Source: Octopus sinensis
Lineage: Eukaryota
Reading direction: 5' to 3'
Assembly (NCBI RefSeq): GCF_006345805.1
Contig: NW_021832022.1
Location: 1-33,540 of the forward strand
DNA length: 33,540 bases
Under the pieces are notes generated by a model. The model worked only from the letters and a program-made list of their open reading frames with translations. It was not told the DNA's origin and searched no databases. Below are positions 11,740-24,384 of the stretch, in pieces (positions within the stretch are counted from its first letter, which is position 1; the number at the start of each line of letters is the position of its first letter). Made by a program: the position numbers and the translations under genes.

Positions 11740-11742
<3 letters not shown>
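11561..11742 (+). mobile_element. Short (TA)n-associated element with a degenerate minimal hammerhead motif (Penelope-like derivative)
   Basis: TTT-CTGTGGA-A-GAGC-GTAG-GCTC-GAA-ACAT-T-AAA at 11617-11650; ends at a (TA)n run. Confidence 0.5.
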
Positions 11743-11783
<41 letters not shown>

Positions 11784-11787
11784 TATA

Positions 11788-12288
<501 letters not shown>

Positions 12289-12309
12289 ATATATATATAC
12301 ATATATATA

Positions 12310-12535
12310 CCTAAGAAAATGTCAAAATGTGACCGCGTGTGTACCGTTGGCGATTTTCTTCCTCCGTCTTCCCTTCTCTGGATCTTTCCTTTTCCTATGT
12401 TTCTGACGAAGAGCTCCGCTCGAAACGTTAAATCCTCCTTCTTCCCTTCCTTCCTTAGCGTCCAATAATACTATATTGTTCCACGTCCTCGCGTTGTTGT
12501 GTTTTCTCTTTGTGTTTTCATGTTTAGATTAACTT
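12310..12535 (+). mobile_element. Short (TA)n-flanked element with a minimal hammerhead motif (Penelope-like derivative)
   Basis: GTTT-CTGACGA-A-GAGC-TCC-GCTC-GAA-ACGT-T-AAAT at 12399-12433; (TA)n on both sides. Confidence 0.6.
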
Positions 12536-12560
12536 TATATATATATGCATGTATGTATAT

Positions 12561-12646
<86 letters not shown>

Positions 12647-12684
12647 GTATGTGTATATATATGTATATATATATATTATATATA

Positions 12685-12716
<32 letters not shown>

Positions 12717-12738
12717 ATGTGTATATACACACACGCGC

Positions 12739-12960
12739 GCGAATATCTGTTTTGTCTCCCACCACCGCACCATCGCTTGACAACCACTATATGTTACGTT
12801 TATGTCCCCCTCAACTTAGCAGTTTGGCAAAAGCGACTGATAAAATAAGTACCAGGTTCAAAATAAATAAGCACTGAAGTTGATTCGTTTGTCTAAAATT
12901 CTTCAAGGCGCTGGCCAAGCATGGCCGCAGTCTGATGACTAAAGCAAGTAAAATAATTAC
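12739..12960 (+). mobile_element. 3' half of a CORE-like SINE
   Basis: Similar to 23835-24030 (catcgcttgacaacc...aagcatggccgcagtc...gcaagtaaaa). Confidence 0.7.
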
Positions 12961-13204
12961 AAAAATCTATGGTTAGACATTTCGCTTTGCATCCATAAGG
13001 CCCTCGGTTCGATCCCACCGCGTGGCATCTTCAGTAAATGTAATTTCCTAAAACTTCTGGACTACCCATTGTCTGTAAGTGGAATTGGAAAGACGGAAAC
13101 TGTACAGAAGCCCGTCTGATTGTCTGAACCTGCAAGTCAAAGAAGTACAGCATTATCACACACCGTGTCACGTGGTTTCTGTTCGAGAATTACGAGAAGG
13201 ATAC

Positions 13205-13495
13205 TGGCATTCCGTCGGTTACGACGATGCAGGTTCTAGATGATCCGATTACCTGAACAGCCTGCTCGCGAAATTAACGTGCAACTAGTTGAGTACTGCA
13301 CAGAGTGGATGCGCAATGGCCCAGTGGTTAGGGCAGCGGACTCGCAGTCGTAAGAAGGCGGTTTCGATTCCTAGTCCGGGCATTGTGAGTGTTTATTGAG
13401 CAAAAACCCCTAAGTTCAACGAGGATCCGGCGGGGAGGGTAGTGAACCCCGCTGTACTCTTTCACCACAACTTTCTTTCACTCTTTCTTCCTACT
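13205..13495. mobile_element. Tail-A SINE fragment (minus strand, 13205-13303) abutting a tRNA-head SINE (plus strand, 13305-13495)
   Basis: Similarity to the two ends of the 30181-30563 element. Confidence 0.75.
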
Positions 13496-14457
13496 TCTGC
13501 CACAAAGCAGAGGAACCATGGTGTAACCCACTATGGTGTGGTAAACCATACTCCAGGATAGTTCAGCTCTCCAGCCGTTAAAAAGTCACCGTTTACGGAA
13601 TGAGGGTAACAACGTAGCTTTCGCGTCCGTGCAACATCCAGTCTATCGCTTGTGGTGGGTGGATCTTCAAGTTGCCACACGCATTCTTAGTAGCTTAGAG
13701 TAGGCTCGAATTAGAGATTATTCTTTGTGGCTAAGGGTGTGAGTTCTGACTGGAAAAAGAAGAAGAAGAAGAAGAAGAAAAAGAAGAAGAAGAACTACTG
13801 CACAGACACGCATAGCACTTAATATAGCACCAATAAGAAGACGCTTTCACAACTGTGAAGTTTTGTCTAAAAGTGAGAAGCTCTATACATATTAACTGAA
13901 TAGCTGAGGAGATATAACGACACACATAGAGACTTGCATTATCTAAGTCACAAATTAATACACTACGACGCATTCTTAATGGTGTATTTACCTATCTGTC
14001 AGGCCACAGAAAATATTTCACCTGCAATATACAGTCAAGTGGTTAAATAGCTCACACTCAAACGGTGAAACATAAGATTGATTGGGGACTAACATATTTA
14101 ATTTAGCGAGCCTGAATATGTTTAATCACAATTACACCAGTATGGAAGAGGAAAATTCACTTGTTGCGTTGATGAATTCTTGTGAGGAAAAAAAAAAGTG
14201 AGGTAGGTAATTCCATGATCCAAATTAATTGGAAATTGAATTGGATCCTGGAGTGGTGGAATGAAGAAGGTATTCTTGTGATGAAATATAAAATTTAAAG
14301 GAAGCTGAATTCAGTTATATTCTAACATTCCTGATATCTTTGGAAGTTTCGCTAATTTTATTAATTACAGAACCCTATTAATACTAATTCAAGCTCTAAT
14401 TTAAGCTCTTTGTCTATATTAGACCTGTGGTTATTGAGGAAGAAGCTGAGATAATAA

Positions 14458-14841
14458 TCGTGGCACTCCGTCGGTTACGACGACGAGCGTTCCAGTTCAT
14501 ATGATCAACGGAACAGCCTGTTCATAAAATTAACGTGTAAGTGGCTGAGCCCTCCACAGACACATGTACCCCTTAACGTAGTTCTCGGGGAGATTCAGCA
14601 TGACACAGAGTGTAACAGGCCGGCTCTTTGAAATACAGGTTCAACAGGAACAGGAAGAAAGAGTGAGAGAAAGTTGTGGTGAAAGAGTACAGCAGGGTTC
14701 GCCACTACCCATTGTCAGAGCCTCGTGGTATTTTAGGTATTTTCGCTCAGTAAACACTCACAACGCCCAGTTTGGGAATTTAAACCGCGATCCTATAACC
14801 ACGAGTCTGCTGCCCTAACCCCTGGGCTATTGCGTCTCCAC
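14458..14841 (-). mobile_element. Full-length tRNA-head SINE with tail type A
   Basis: Reverse complement aligns along its length to 30181-30563. Confidence 0.85.
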
Positions 14842-15171
14842 TGAGATGATAATAAAATGCTTGTGTTAAATGAGTTGCAATAATTAGTTTTGTCGATGGG
14901 GCTAACTTTACCTTTCATCTCCCCATCTCTCCACAAAAGCTGTTACTTTCTGTCGACAAAAGAAATCCATATTCTCTCTCTGTATCTGGCAAACAGCCGT
15001 AATAAATTCAATCTCCCAGGGAGCCAAATCTGAGATTCAGTTTCAAATCCTTGTTCCGGCCACTAAGCTTTACGTATTTTCTCGTTGAATATCACAACGT
15101 TATTTCGTTTCTGTATTTGGTTTGCAAGGTTCTTGATGTGAATTCATGTGTTGAAACAAATTTTGTTTGCA

Positions 15172-15514
15172 AATAATAAAACAACACACACACAGGTTCA
15201 ATTCCACTTCTTTATTGTTAGTCAACTGATTAAATGTCTAACCAACTAATCGATCGTCTGTTTAATATGTTGGTTAAACAACCAATAGATTGTTTGTTTG
15301 TCAGTCAAATTCCTTTCGTCGCTCTTCGCGATCTTTTCAGTGACTTGGTGACTTCTCTTCTCGTTCCAAGGTGTGCAACGAAAAAACTTTCACAAACAGA
15401 CAAAGAAACAAGCAACAACCGAGGGATTGTGTAGCTAACACATGAAACAAACGACCGATTAGTTAGTTAGATATTTAACCTGGAATCGAACCTGTGTGTA
15501 TGTTATTATTTTTT
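15172..15514. mobile_element. Old, degenerate long-TIR MITE
   Basis: acacacaggttcaattcca vs tggaatcgaacctgtgtgt (1 mismatch). Inner arms gattaaatgtctaaccaactaatcgatcgtctgttt vs aaacaaacgaccgattagttagttagatatttaacc. Confidence 0.65.
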
Positions 15515-15678
15515 ACGTAATGATCCTCCCAAGACAACAAAATCGCAACGTTAAATTCATGTATATTTTCTTTCTAAAAATAATCGTGTTTTGTTTCTTG
15601 TTTATATCCTGAACGGTAGATTTGAATCTGATGAAGTTCTCAGTGTAAACGAAGACAAGAAACTGTTAGAATCATTAA

Positions 15679-15909
15679 GGCGGCGAGCTGGCAGAAACGT
15701 TAGCACGCCGGGTGAAATGCTTAGCAGTATTTCGTCTGCCGCTACGTTCTAAGTTCAAATTCCGCCGAGGTCGACTTTGCCTTTCATCCTTTCGGGGTCG
15801 ATTAATTAAGTACCAGTTACGCACCGGGAACAATGTAATCGTCTTAATCCGTTTGTCTGTCCTTATTTGTCCCCTCTATGTTTAGCCCCTTGTGGGCAAT
15901 AAAGAAATA
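15679..15909 (+). mobile_element. Full-length OK-type SINE, followed by a degenerate partial copy to ~16100
   Basis: GGCGGCGAGCTGGCAGAAACGTTAGC head, conserved body, AATAAAGAAATA end. Confidence 0.9.
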
Positions 15910-16390
15910 AGAAACGTTAGAGTGTTGGAAAAGTACATTATAGTATTTGTTTCAGTTTTATACATTACGAGTTCAAATTCTACCGACGTCGACTTTGTCT
16001 TTCATCGGCGCAAGAGGCCGATGAAAAGAAAGCGCCGGACATCATACTGGCTTAGATGTAATCGACTAACCCCTTACCCCCAAATTGTTGACTGTGCTTA
16101 ATTCGGGTATCATTGTTACCATTCTCTGTGTGAATGACTACCAGTTAAAGAATCAACGGTTTATATATCACCCATGGCACTGTACTGCATCATTAACCGA
16201 ATCATTTATCTTTCACTACCTTTGTTTTCTTAAATTTAAATATTTACAGTGTTAAATAATTAATTAACTAGATTTTAAGCAGGTTGAAGTGCTGAGTTTA
16301 CCTTTATTTACTAAGGTTTTGTGAAAATAACAGGGAACTATGTCAATATCTAATTTCCAGATGAAGATTCGTTTTGTTACTATCAGCAGG

Positions 16391-16692
16391 GTGGAGGCAC
16401 ATGGCCTGGTGCTTAGAGCAGCGAACTCGCGGTCGAGAGATCGCGGGTTCGAATCTCAGACCAGGCGATGTGTGTGTTTATGAGTAAAACACTTAAGCTC
16501 CACGCTGCTCCGACAGAAGGTAATGGCGAACCTCTGCTGACTCTTTCGCCACAACTTTCTCTCACACTTTCCTCCTGCATCTTGCAGCTCACCTGCACGG
16601 ACCGGCGTCTCGTCCAGATGGGGAACATATACGCCAATGAAACCGGGAAACCGGCCCTTGTGAGACAGGTGTGGCTTAAGAAGGAACAAACC
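16391..16692 (+). mobile_element. tRNA-head SINE variant with tail type D
   Basis: Head resembles 30181; the tail ...tacgccaatgaaaccgggaaaccggccc is shared with 26530-26600 and 20110-20200. Confidence 0.8.
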
Positions 16693-16957
16693 ATCAGCAG
16701 GATTTTAAAATAAACAGATTTTCAACAGCATGAAGCAGCAGAAAATAGAAAAAAAGAAGAAAAAAAATGAATCACCCACACTGATTTACTCCAAATTTCA
16801 CATTCAGTTTAGATTAAAAAAAAAAAAGGTGGAGGCGTGTGGTTTAGTGGTTTGGGTATTGGATTCATGATCGTAAAATCGTAGTTTCGAATCCTGGACG
16901 GGAGGTCTTCTGTTCTTGAGCAAAATAATTCAATTTCACGCTGCTCCTATATACTTA

Positions 16958-17188
16958 TATTTCTTTATTGCCCACAAGGGGCTAAACACAGAGGGGACAA
17001 ACAAGGACATACAAAGGGATAAAGTCGATTATATCGACCCCAGTGCGAAACTGGTACTTATTTATTGACCCCGAAAGGATGAAAGGCAAAATCGATCTCG
17101 GCGGAATTTGAACTCAGAAAGTAACGGCAGACGAAATACTGCTACGCATTTCGCCCGGCGTGCTAACGCTTCTGCCAAGCTCGCCGCC
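16958..17188 (-). mobile_element. Full-length OK-type SINE
   Basis: Reverse complement of the 15679-15909 family. Confidence 0.9.
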
Positions 17189-18278
17189 TTTACTCCAATC
17201 CGCTTAACCGGCAAAAATGAGAAATCCTCCGACGGACCGGCGTCCCATCCAGGGTGGGTGCGCAATATATACGCCATGGAAACCGGGAAACCGGCCCCTA
17301 TGTATATATGACTCTGGAAAGAACTTTAACTTCTTTTTATTGTTCAGATAAATATATATATATATATCATGGAAAAACAAAACAAGATTAAAAAAAACAA
17401 ACAAAACAGGCAGGGAAATCAATCTCCTGGTTCCGGTTTTCTTGATATAACAAAGAAAGGAATCAACGCAAATAAGGGGCTGGCATTCTTGTATTCCTTT
17501 TTTTATCAAATCTTTGTACTTTTGAAAAGTATAAATTCTAAAGATGGTTTCATTCTTCAAATGAATTTAATTATTTGACTGATTTTCCTCTGATTTTCTC
17601 TTGTTTGCCAAGAGCTTTGAACATTAATTGAAAATAGTTTCGTTTCCTGTTCCGCGGAAGAGATTTTGAAAGTACCCCAAGAAAAGCGACCTTCTTTTCT
17701 TTAGAAATAGACTTTATAGAAGAAAACAATAAGCTTGTAATAAAGGATATTTCTTTGATGGTCATTAAGTATTGGCAATCTTCGCAATCTTATAAACACT
17801 ACGTTAAGGAGAATAAAAGATTTGAAAAGAAATCCGATAACTGAATTAATCTCTTTGAAGAGAGAGTACAGTAAAATGATTGGCGGACAGGAGGGGGTGG
17901 TGGTGGTGAATAAATCCGTCTGGACGAGAAAGAAGGGAATAAATTTCTAACACATTTTTTCGAGTGAAAGATACTTAAAAGTGTTCTAATTCCACTGTAG
18001 ATAAATAACAACAAAAGAAATAAATCCATTGCTGTCACTTGCAAGCGAACATGGCTTGCTAGAATGTTCCAAGCTTTGCGTAATTGTTTAAAGTACTTAA
18101 TGTTGCTAGCAGTCAACCTCTCGGATCTCTCATTCCTAGTCCGGCAGAACATCCAGAATGTGGTAGTTTGAGATCAAGGGCCTTACTCTAGGACACTAAC
18201 CATCGTTAGGTCCAAGAAGTGAACGTACAAACTAACGATCATGAACCAAACCTCTAGGCCATACAAATATACTATAAA

Positions 18279-18511
18279 GGCGGCGAGCTGGCAGAGACGT
18301 TAGCACGCCGGGCGAAATACTTAGCGGTATTTCGCCTGCCGTTACGTTTCTGAGTTCAAATTCCGCCGAGGTCGACTTTGCCTTTCATCCTTTCGGGGTC
18401 AATTAAATGAGTACCAGTTACGCACAGGTTGTCGATATAATCGACTTAATCTGTTTGTCTGTCCTTGTTTGTCCCCTCTATGTTTAGCCCCTTGTGGGCA
18501 ATAAAGAAATA
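18279..18511 (+). mobile_element. Full-length OK-type SINE with 12-bp TSD
   Basis: acaaatatacta at 18263-18274 and 18512-18523. Confidence 0.9.
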
Positions 18512-18938
18512 ACAAATATACTAATACATAGCAAGGTAACAGCTATAGAAACTCAGACACACATATATACACATCCACACGTACTCGTACACACAAACAC
18601 TGCTTGCTTGATGATGGTCAACGTATAGATTTTATATATCTTGATGACTGTAAATCTGATTCTTTGATGTACAGCTCCTGTTGAAGCGAGACATCTAAAT
18701 ATTTGGTTGCAGAACTCCGGTGGTGATAAGCAGAGGCGAAAGGGACAGTTAAAGGATGTTATTAGATGTGTTCAGCTTTGACCCTGCTCACAGGCGTCCA
18801 AAGGGTGATGGTTGTTCTCAACAGACCCTGGCCAGATGTTTATGGCGATGTCTTTCAGAAACCTAATTCATCGAAGCAACAAGAGAATCCACTAGCGTCG
18901 ATTCAATTCTGCAGGTTTTGATTCAACGTAGGGTTTCT

Positions 18939-19350
18939 TATTTCTTTACTGCCCACATGGGGCTACACACAGAGAGAACAAACAAGGACAGACAAACGGA
19001 TTAAGTTGATTATATCGACCCCAGTGCGTAACTGGTACTTATTTAATCGACCCCGAAAGGATGAAAGGCAAAGTCAACCTCGGCGGAATTTGAACTCAGA
19101 ACGTAGCGGCAGATGAAATACCTATTTCTTTATTACCCACAAGGGGCTAAACACAGAGGGGCCAAACAAGGACAGACATAGGTATTAAGTCGATTACATC
19201 GACCCCAGTGCGTAACTGGTACTTAATTTATCGACCCCGAAAGGATGAAAGGCAAAGTCGACCTCGGCGGAATTTGAACTCACAACGTAAGGCAGACGAA
19301 ATACCGCTAAGCATTTCGCCCGGCGTGCTAACGTTTCTGCCAACTCGCTG
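18939..19350 (-). mobile_element. Dimeric OK-type SINE with 14-bp TSD
   Basis: TSD aacgtagggtttct at 18925-18938 and 19362-19375; internal junction at 19122/19123. Confidence 0.85.
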
Positions 19351-19479
19351 GTATACATAGAAACGTAGGGTTTCTATGTATGTAATCATCTCTTACTGGC
19401 TGATTAACAGAATATTCTGAAGATTCTGAATGTTAAAAGCACCGAGTTATTGTAGTTGTATTAAGAAAGTGGTGAGGAA

Positions 19480-19830
19480 AGAACGTGTTATGATGTTCTT
19501 TTGATAAATGACCCCACTTTTCTGGATGATTAGGACCCAAGTCACTCTTTAAGAAGCCTTAACAGCTGCTGAGATGGTGATCCGTAAGGCTTCCGGTTAG
19601 ATAATTACCAGAGCGCACTCATCAGCATACGGTAGCTTAAGAATCTGTTCAGATCTAAGCTTGATTATGGCTTCAAGTCTTCTTATATTGAAAAGCTTGC
19701 CGTTGCATCGTTGAATCGGAAGTTAAAATTAAAGTCATTCCGAACTTCCTTCCGGTTGTCCATCTGTGTAACAGTGAGGTCATAAAAGAATGAAGAAGAT
19801 ATGAAACTGTACAGGAACCAGTAGAGCGTT
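19480..19830 (-). mobile_element. Decayed RTE-clade LINE reverse-transcriptase fragment; probable further remnant at ~18620-18925
   Basis: Minus-strand translation of 19607-19701 gives GKLFNIRRLEAIIKLRSEQILKLPYADECALV, matching the RTE 'GKLFNLRRL...LYADD' pattern; stop codons follow. The lower segment gives a weak PFGRL motif. Confidence 0.7.
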
Positions 19831-20105
19831 AGCTAACACCCGCTTTGACGTTGAAATAATATAAAAGGTAGATAATCACTGACATAATGCATCATAAATT
19901 CCACCGGAGTCGGCTTTGCCTTTCCACCTTTCGGGGTCGATAAAATAAGTACCATTTGAACACTGGGATCGATCCAATCGACTTATCCCGTGCCGAAATT
20001 TGAAATCAGTACATTATTATACAGGCAAAGTGATACTCATACACTCACTTTTGATTGCCATTTTAATTATTAAAAAATTTAATTTAATTATAAAAAAATA
20101 AAAAA

Positions 20106-20358
20106 ATTAATGCGCCCTTTTAAAGCCTATCCAACCTCATGGGCCCGGTTTCCTGGTTTCAATGGCGTATGCGTTCCCCAGCTGGACAGGACGCCAGTCC
20201 ATCGCATCGTTACTCATTTTTGCCAGCTGAGTGGACTGGAGCAAATTGAGATGAAGTGTTTTGCCCAAGAACACAACGCGTCGCCCGGTCCAGGAATCGA
20301 AACCACAATCTTACGATCATGATGCTGACAGCCTAACCACTAAGCCACGCACCTCCAC
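20106..20358 (-). mobile_element. tRNA-derived SINE with a different head, a CORE-like middle and tail type D
   Basis: Reverse complement: GGAGGTGCGTGGCTTAGTGG...GTTCTTGGGCAAAACACTTCATCTC...GCGATGGACTGGCGTCC...GAAACCGGGCCC. Confidence 0.8.
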
Positions 20359-20512
20359 CATTTTAATTATACCAGTTACAATGTCACTGTGTTCTTTAGA
20401 ATTGCTAGAAATAGCAACCATATCTCTTTCAAACCACAGTTTACAGACTAATAGTACATTCTAAGGAAGGACATGCACGATAATGTAGTTCTATATGCAT
20501 CAAAGATCGAAG

Positions 20513-21060
20513 TCGAGGGAACATGGTCCAGTGGTTAGGGTGTTGCACTCACGATCACGCGATCGCATTTTCAATTCCTGAACCGGGTGGTGTGTTCTAT
20601 TCTTGAGCAAAAAAATTTTTCTCTGCGATCTTTCGACACCTAATGTGTGGTACAACATGCATCCGTTCAGGCAACGTCGATTTGATGGAGAAAGCGAGCT
20701 ATGCCGTCGGAAACTTCGGTTCCTGGTAGAGTCACCAAGGCGGATTGGTCTGACACCGAGTGGTATTAGGGCCACAACCCGGCAGACGGGGCTCTGGTGA
20801 AAATCCCCGGAGTGTCTGTTTCGGCAACCGGCGGCTCCTCGGTCGTTCTGTCCCTGCGTCTGCGGACAATCTGCGGCAAACAAGATGTCTCTACATGCGG
20901 GATTGTTGGGGACCGCTTGTGAAATCCACATATTTCTACGAAACTTCTTCCAGGGAAGAAGCCGACTCCACCCGCCCAGGGTGAATGTCGCCACAAGTAC
21001 AAATACAAGTATGAATATTTGATCACTAAAAACAAATCATTTGAGCAGGTCATTCAGCAA
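20513..21060 (+). mobile_element. Degenerate tRNA-derived SINE apparently interrupted by a GC-rich insert (~20705-20995)
   Basis: tRNA-like head at 20513-20610; abrupt GC/CpG-rich segment inside AT-rich DNA. Confidence 0.45.
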
Positions 21061-22219
21061 CAATCTGTAGAGCCTTCTTTCTACGATTACGTCAGTCTGC
21101 CATCATATGCATAAAAAAGATAGGCCGCTTATATAAAGCACGAACATCTTACGTCATAAGTACGCACTTTTAAGTTTGTTCTTAGGCTAAACAGCATTAA
21201 CACCAACAACACAATCGATGATTATTTGTAATATATTAAGTAGGAAGCTGCTATTCGTTCTCTCTCTTAACAAACCTAAGTACAGCTACACTCTATCCTA
21301 TGTGAACTGGTACATATAATTTTACTACTGTGTATTTCACGTGTATATTTTTATTCACATTACTCACACACAAACACACATGTATTTAGGTATTAGATAC
21401 GTAAAATTTTCTTTCCCCAACAACTATGATGATATTGATATCATATTAGACGCTAACATCTCCGATGGGGCATCATTTAATTTGCCATCCCGTTGCTTTG
21501 TTAGATATTTATATTTTTCATTTTCCATCAACATTCTCTTGTTCTCTCACATCCGCCACCAGTGTTTGCTCAATGTTTATTAGTTACTGTCCCTGATTTA
21601 CTTTTATAACTAATTTCTCTTTACGACTCCATTATATCTCACGGTGAGATAATATCTCGAGGCCATTCTCTCACAGTTGGTAATTACGTGAATACTATCC
21701 TCCATTTTGATTTTTGCATTGTCTGGATATATTTTTAGCATGTGGGTTTTATCAATAATTTCTTGATTCTGAATTCTATGGAGGGAAATTTCAAGGTTAT
21801 CAGATATAAACACGCCGACACACCCTTCCGAGTTTTTAGTACATCTTATTCTCTCGATAGTCTGTGTTCTTTAGATCCTTTAATGGATGCAGTACGTTTA
21901 CGTTGATCTTTTTTTCTTCCCTTTAAAAATTTAGCGAGAGGGATAGGGTGCGTCCATAACTTTCTTAGAAAAAATCAATCTTTCTGAGCCCGCTTCGTTT
22001 TCAAAATGGTAGAAGCTTCAACGTAGAAATTTCAAAATTGTTACTCGATCCTCTAAAAGAGCAGCTAAATCTCCCTCAAGTTATACAACGTTGTGTTAAG
22101 GGAAGGGAAAGACGTAGTAATGTAATCCAAGGTCCTAGATGTCTCTAAAATGGTTGAATGATCAAAGCTGAAATGAGTTATATCAAAGATCATGATTGAT
22201 CGTGAGGCAGCAGCAGCAA

Positions 22220-22619
22220 GTGGAGGCGCAATGGCCCAATGATTAGGGCAGCGGACTCGCGGTCGGAGGATCGTGGTTTCTATTCCCAGACCGGGCGTTG
22301 TGTGTATTTATTGAGCGAAAACACCTAAGCTCCACGAGGCTCCGGCAGGGTGTGGTGGCGACTCCTGTTGTACTCTTTCGCCCCAACTTTCTCTCACTCT
22401 TTCTTCCTGTTTCTTGTCCCCGACTTGCTACGCAACCGCTGAGCCTGGATGTGCATTCATCCATCCGTCGATGCTCTCGGTGTCGGGGGTTGACCTGCTT
22501 TCTCTTCTGCGGGTCTTACGAATAGCAAAGGACCACATTACGGACTTCTCCGATCTTGCGAGCTCTGGGACGAAGACCGTTCGCTCAACAACAGCAGCAG
22601 CAGCAGCAGCAGCATCACC

Positions 22620-22651
<32 letters not shown>

Positions 22652-22660
22652 CACCTATCA
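22220..22660 (+). mobile_element. tRNA-head SINE with tail type C ending in (CAG/CAC/CAA)n
   Basis: Head shared with 30181 up to ttcttcctgtttct, followed by a unique ~180-nt tail and a trinucleotide repeat. Confidence 0.8.
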
Positions 22661-22954
22661 ACATCTCATAGGTGATGAAGACAGATGTGAAATCTCATCT
22701 TCTCCGCTTGTTATCCATTCTTTTCTTCATTTCATACTATCATTTTATTTATATTTCAAAAGTTTTCTCTTACTTTTTTTAATTGCAAAGTCTTTGGTCA
22801 GATACTCATTATGACATCATGAACACATCGAAATTATGTTTCCGATCATATGAACCACTTCGAATATTATTTTAGGAAATATAAAGTAATTTCTTTTGTG
22901 CCGTAAACCATTTACTATTTCTGTAGCGCTCACTTCCCTTCATGCTTTAAAGAC

Positions 22955-23035
22955 TTGTGAGTGAATCTGGTAGACGGAAACTGTATAGAAGCCCGCTGTA
23001 TAAATACATGTGTATTTTTAAATGTCTGTATTTAT

Positions 23036-23109
<74 letters not shown>

Positions 23110-23226
23110 TGGCCTGCTCGTTTAGCCAGCGGGGTGGCGTCATTTGAAGGCTAAAACAATGCGAAGCGCATTGTAACCAGCGATGTGTAGCAACATTTGA
23201 TAGCCTGGTCGGTCACGGTGATCACG

Positions 23227-23296
<70 letters not shown>

Positions 23297-23490
23297 CCTT
23301 TCTATTTGTGTTTGTTTCTTCACCGCTTGACGACTGGCATTGGTTTGTTGACGTCCCTGTAAGTTAGTGGTTCGGTAAAAGAAATCGATAGACTAAATAC
23401 CAAACGTAAAATGTAAGTACTGGAATCGATTCCTTCGACTTACCTCGTCAAGACGTTGTCCAATGATTGAATCAAGTAAAAGTCAAAAGA
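22955..23490 (+). mobile_element. 5'-truncated CORE-like SINE whose internal (TA)n contains an orphan tail-B fragment (23110-23229)
   Basis: 23110-23229 matches the reverse complement of 4845-4965 and is flanked by (TA)n on both sides. Confidence 0.75.
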
Positions 23491-23612
23491 AACTACGAAC
23501 AATACCATTCCATTGCCGGACATTTAATTAAAACCGGCATTTTGTTCTAATTTTAAATAATCTTTCCTCAGGAGACCTTAGTTTTTATCTTTAAAAAAAA
23601 AAGTAAAGTTCA

Positions 23613-24040
23613 GGTGCAGGAGTGGCTGTGTGGTAAGTAGCGTGCTTACCAACCACATGGTCCCCGGTTCAGTCCTACTGCGTGGCACCTTGGGCAATTG
23701 TCTTCTACTATAGCCTCGGGCCGACCAAAGCCTTGTGAGTAGATTTGGTAGACGGAAACTGAAAGAGGCCTGTCGTATATATGTATATATATATCTATCT
23801 ATATATGTGTGTGTGTGTGTGTATATGTTGCGTATCTGTGTTTGTAACCTCAAAATCACTTGACAACCGATGCTGGTGTGTTTACGTCCTCGTAACTTAG
23901 CGGTTCGGCAAAAAAGACCGATAGAATAAGTACTAGGCTTACAAAGAATAAGTCCTGGGGCCGATTTGCTCGATCGACTAAAGGCGGTGCTCCAGCATGG
24001 CCGCAGTCAAATGACTGAAACAAGTAAAAGAAAATGAAAG
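23613..24040 (+). mobile_element. Full-length CORE-like SINE (OR-type)
   Basis: tRNA-like head, GGCACCTTGGGCAATTGTCTTCTACTATAG CORE-like segment, internal microsatellite, GTAAAAG tail. Confidence 0.9.
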
Positions 24041-24384
24041 AAAATTCAGAAAAAAAAACAAAACTTTCAGGTTTACCAAAAACAGCTGCCATTCCTACTT
24101 AGTTTTGATGAGAACAGAATTTAGTTTGGTCAGATTCATTCCACGTTCACTGCTCAAATTTCTTATGCAATATATCATGTCAGAACAAGATGTCAGGGAG
24201 TGATTTGCATGGTAAATGTTATATTTCTAATATGGAGGTCGTTGAAACAAGTTGGGTTCATTTTGTCACTTTTCTCTCAGTTAATAAAATTCCAAGCAGA
24301 GAATAATATCGTCTGATACAAAATATACGATGTCATGGAAAGGATATAGATAAACCTTTGCTGATATGTTGAAACGGATTGCGG

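Noticed and set aside
15625-15672. CTGATGAAGTT...AAACGAAGAC
   Set aside because: The core is incomplete (GAAG instead of GAAA) and there is no stem I complement.
15679-15790. tRNA-like sequences with A/B boxes at SINE heads throughout the window
   Set aside because: All continue into SINE bodies and do not form complete cloverleaves, so they are not called as tRNA genes.
17630-17845. Plus-strand open frame FRFLFRGRDFESTPRKATFFSLEIDFIEENNKLVIKDISL... with a possible acceptor at ~17704
   Set aside because: There is no recognisable domain and only a weak donor site, so it cannot be supported as an exon without RNA data.
19617-19625. CTGATGA on the minus strand
   Set aside because: It is the coding sequence of the YADE motif of the RTE fragment, not a ribozyme.
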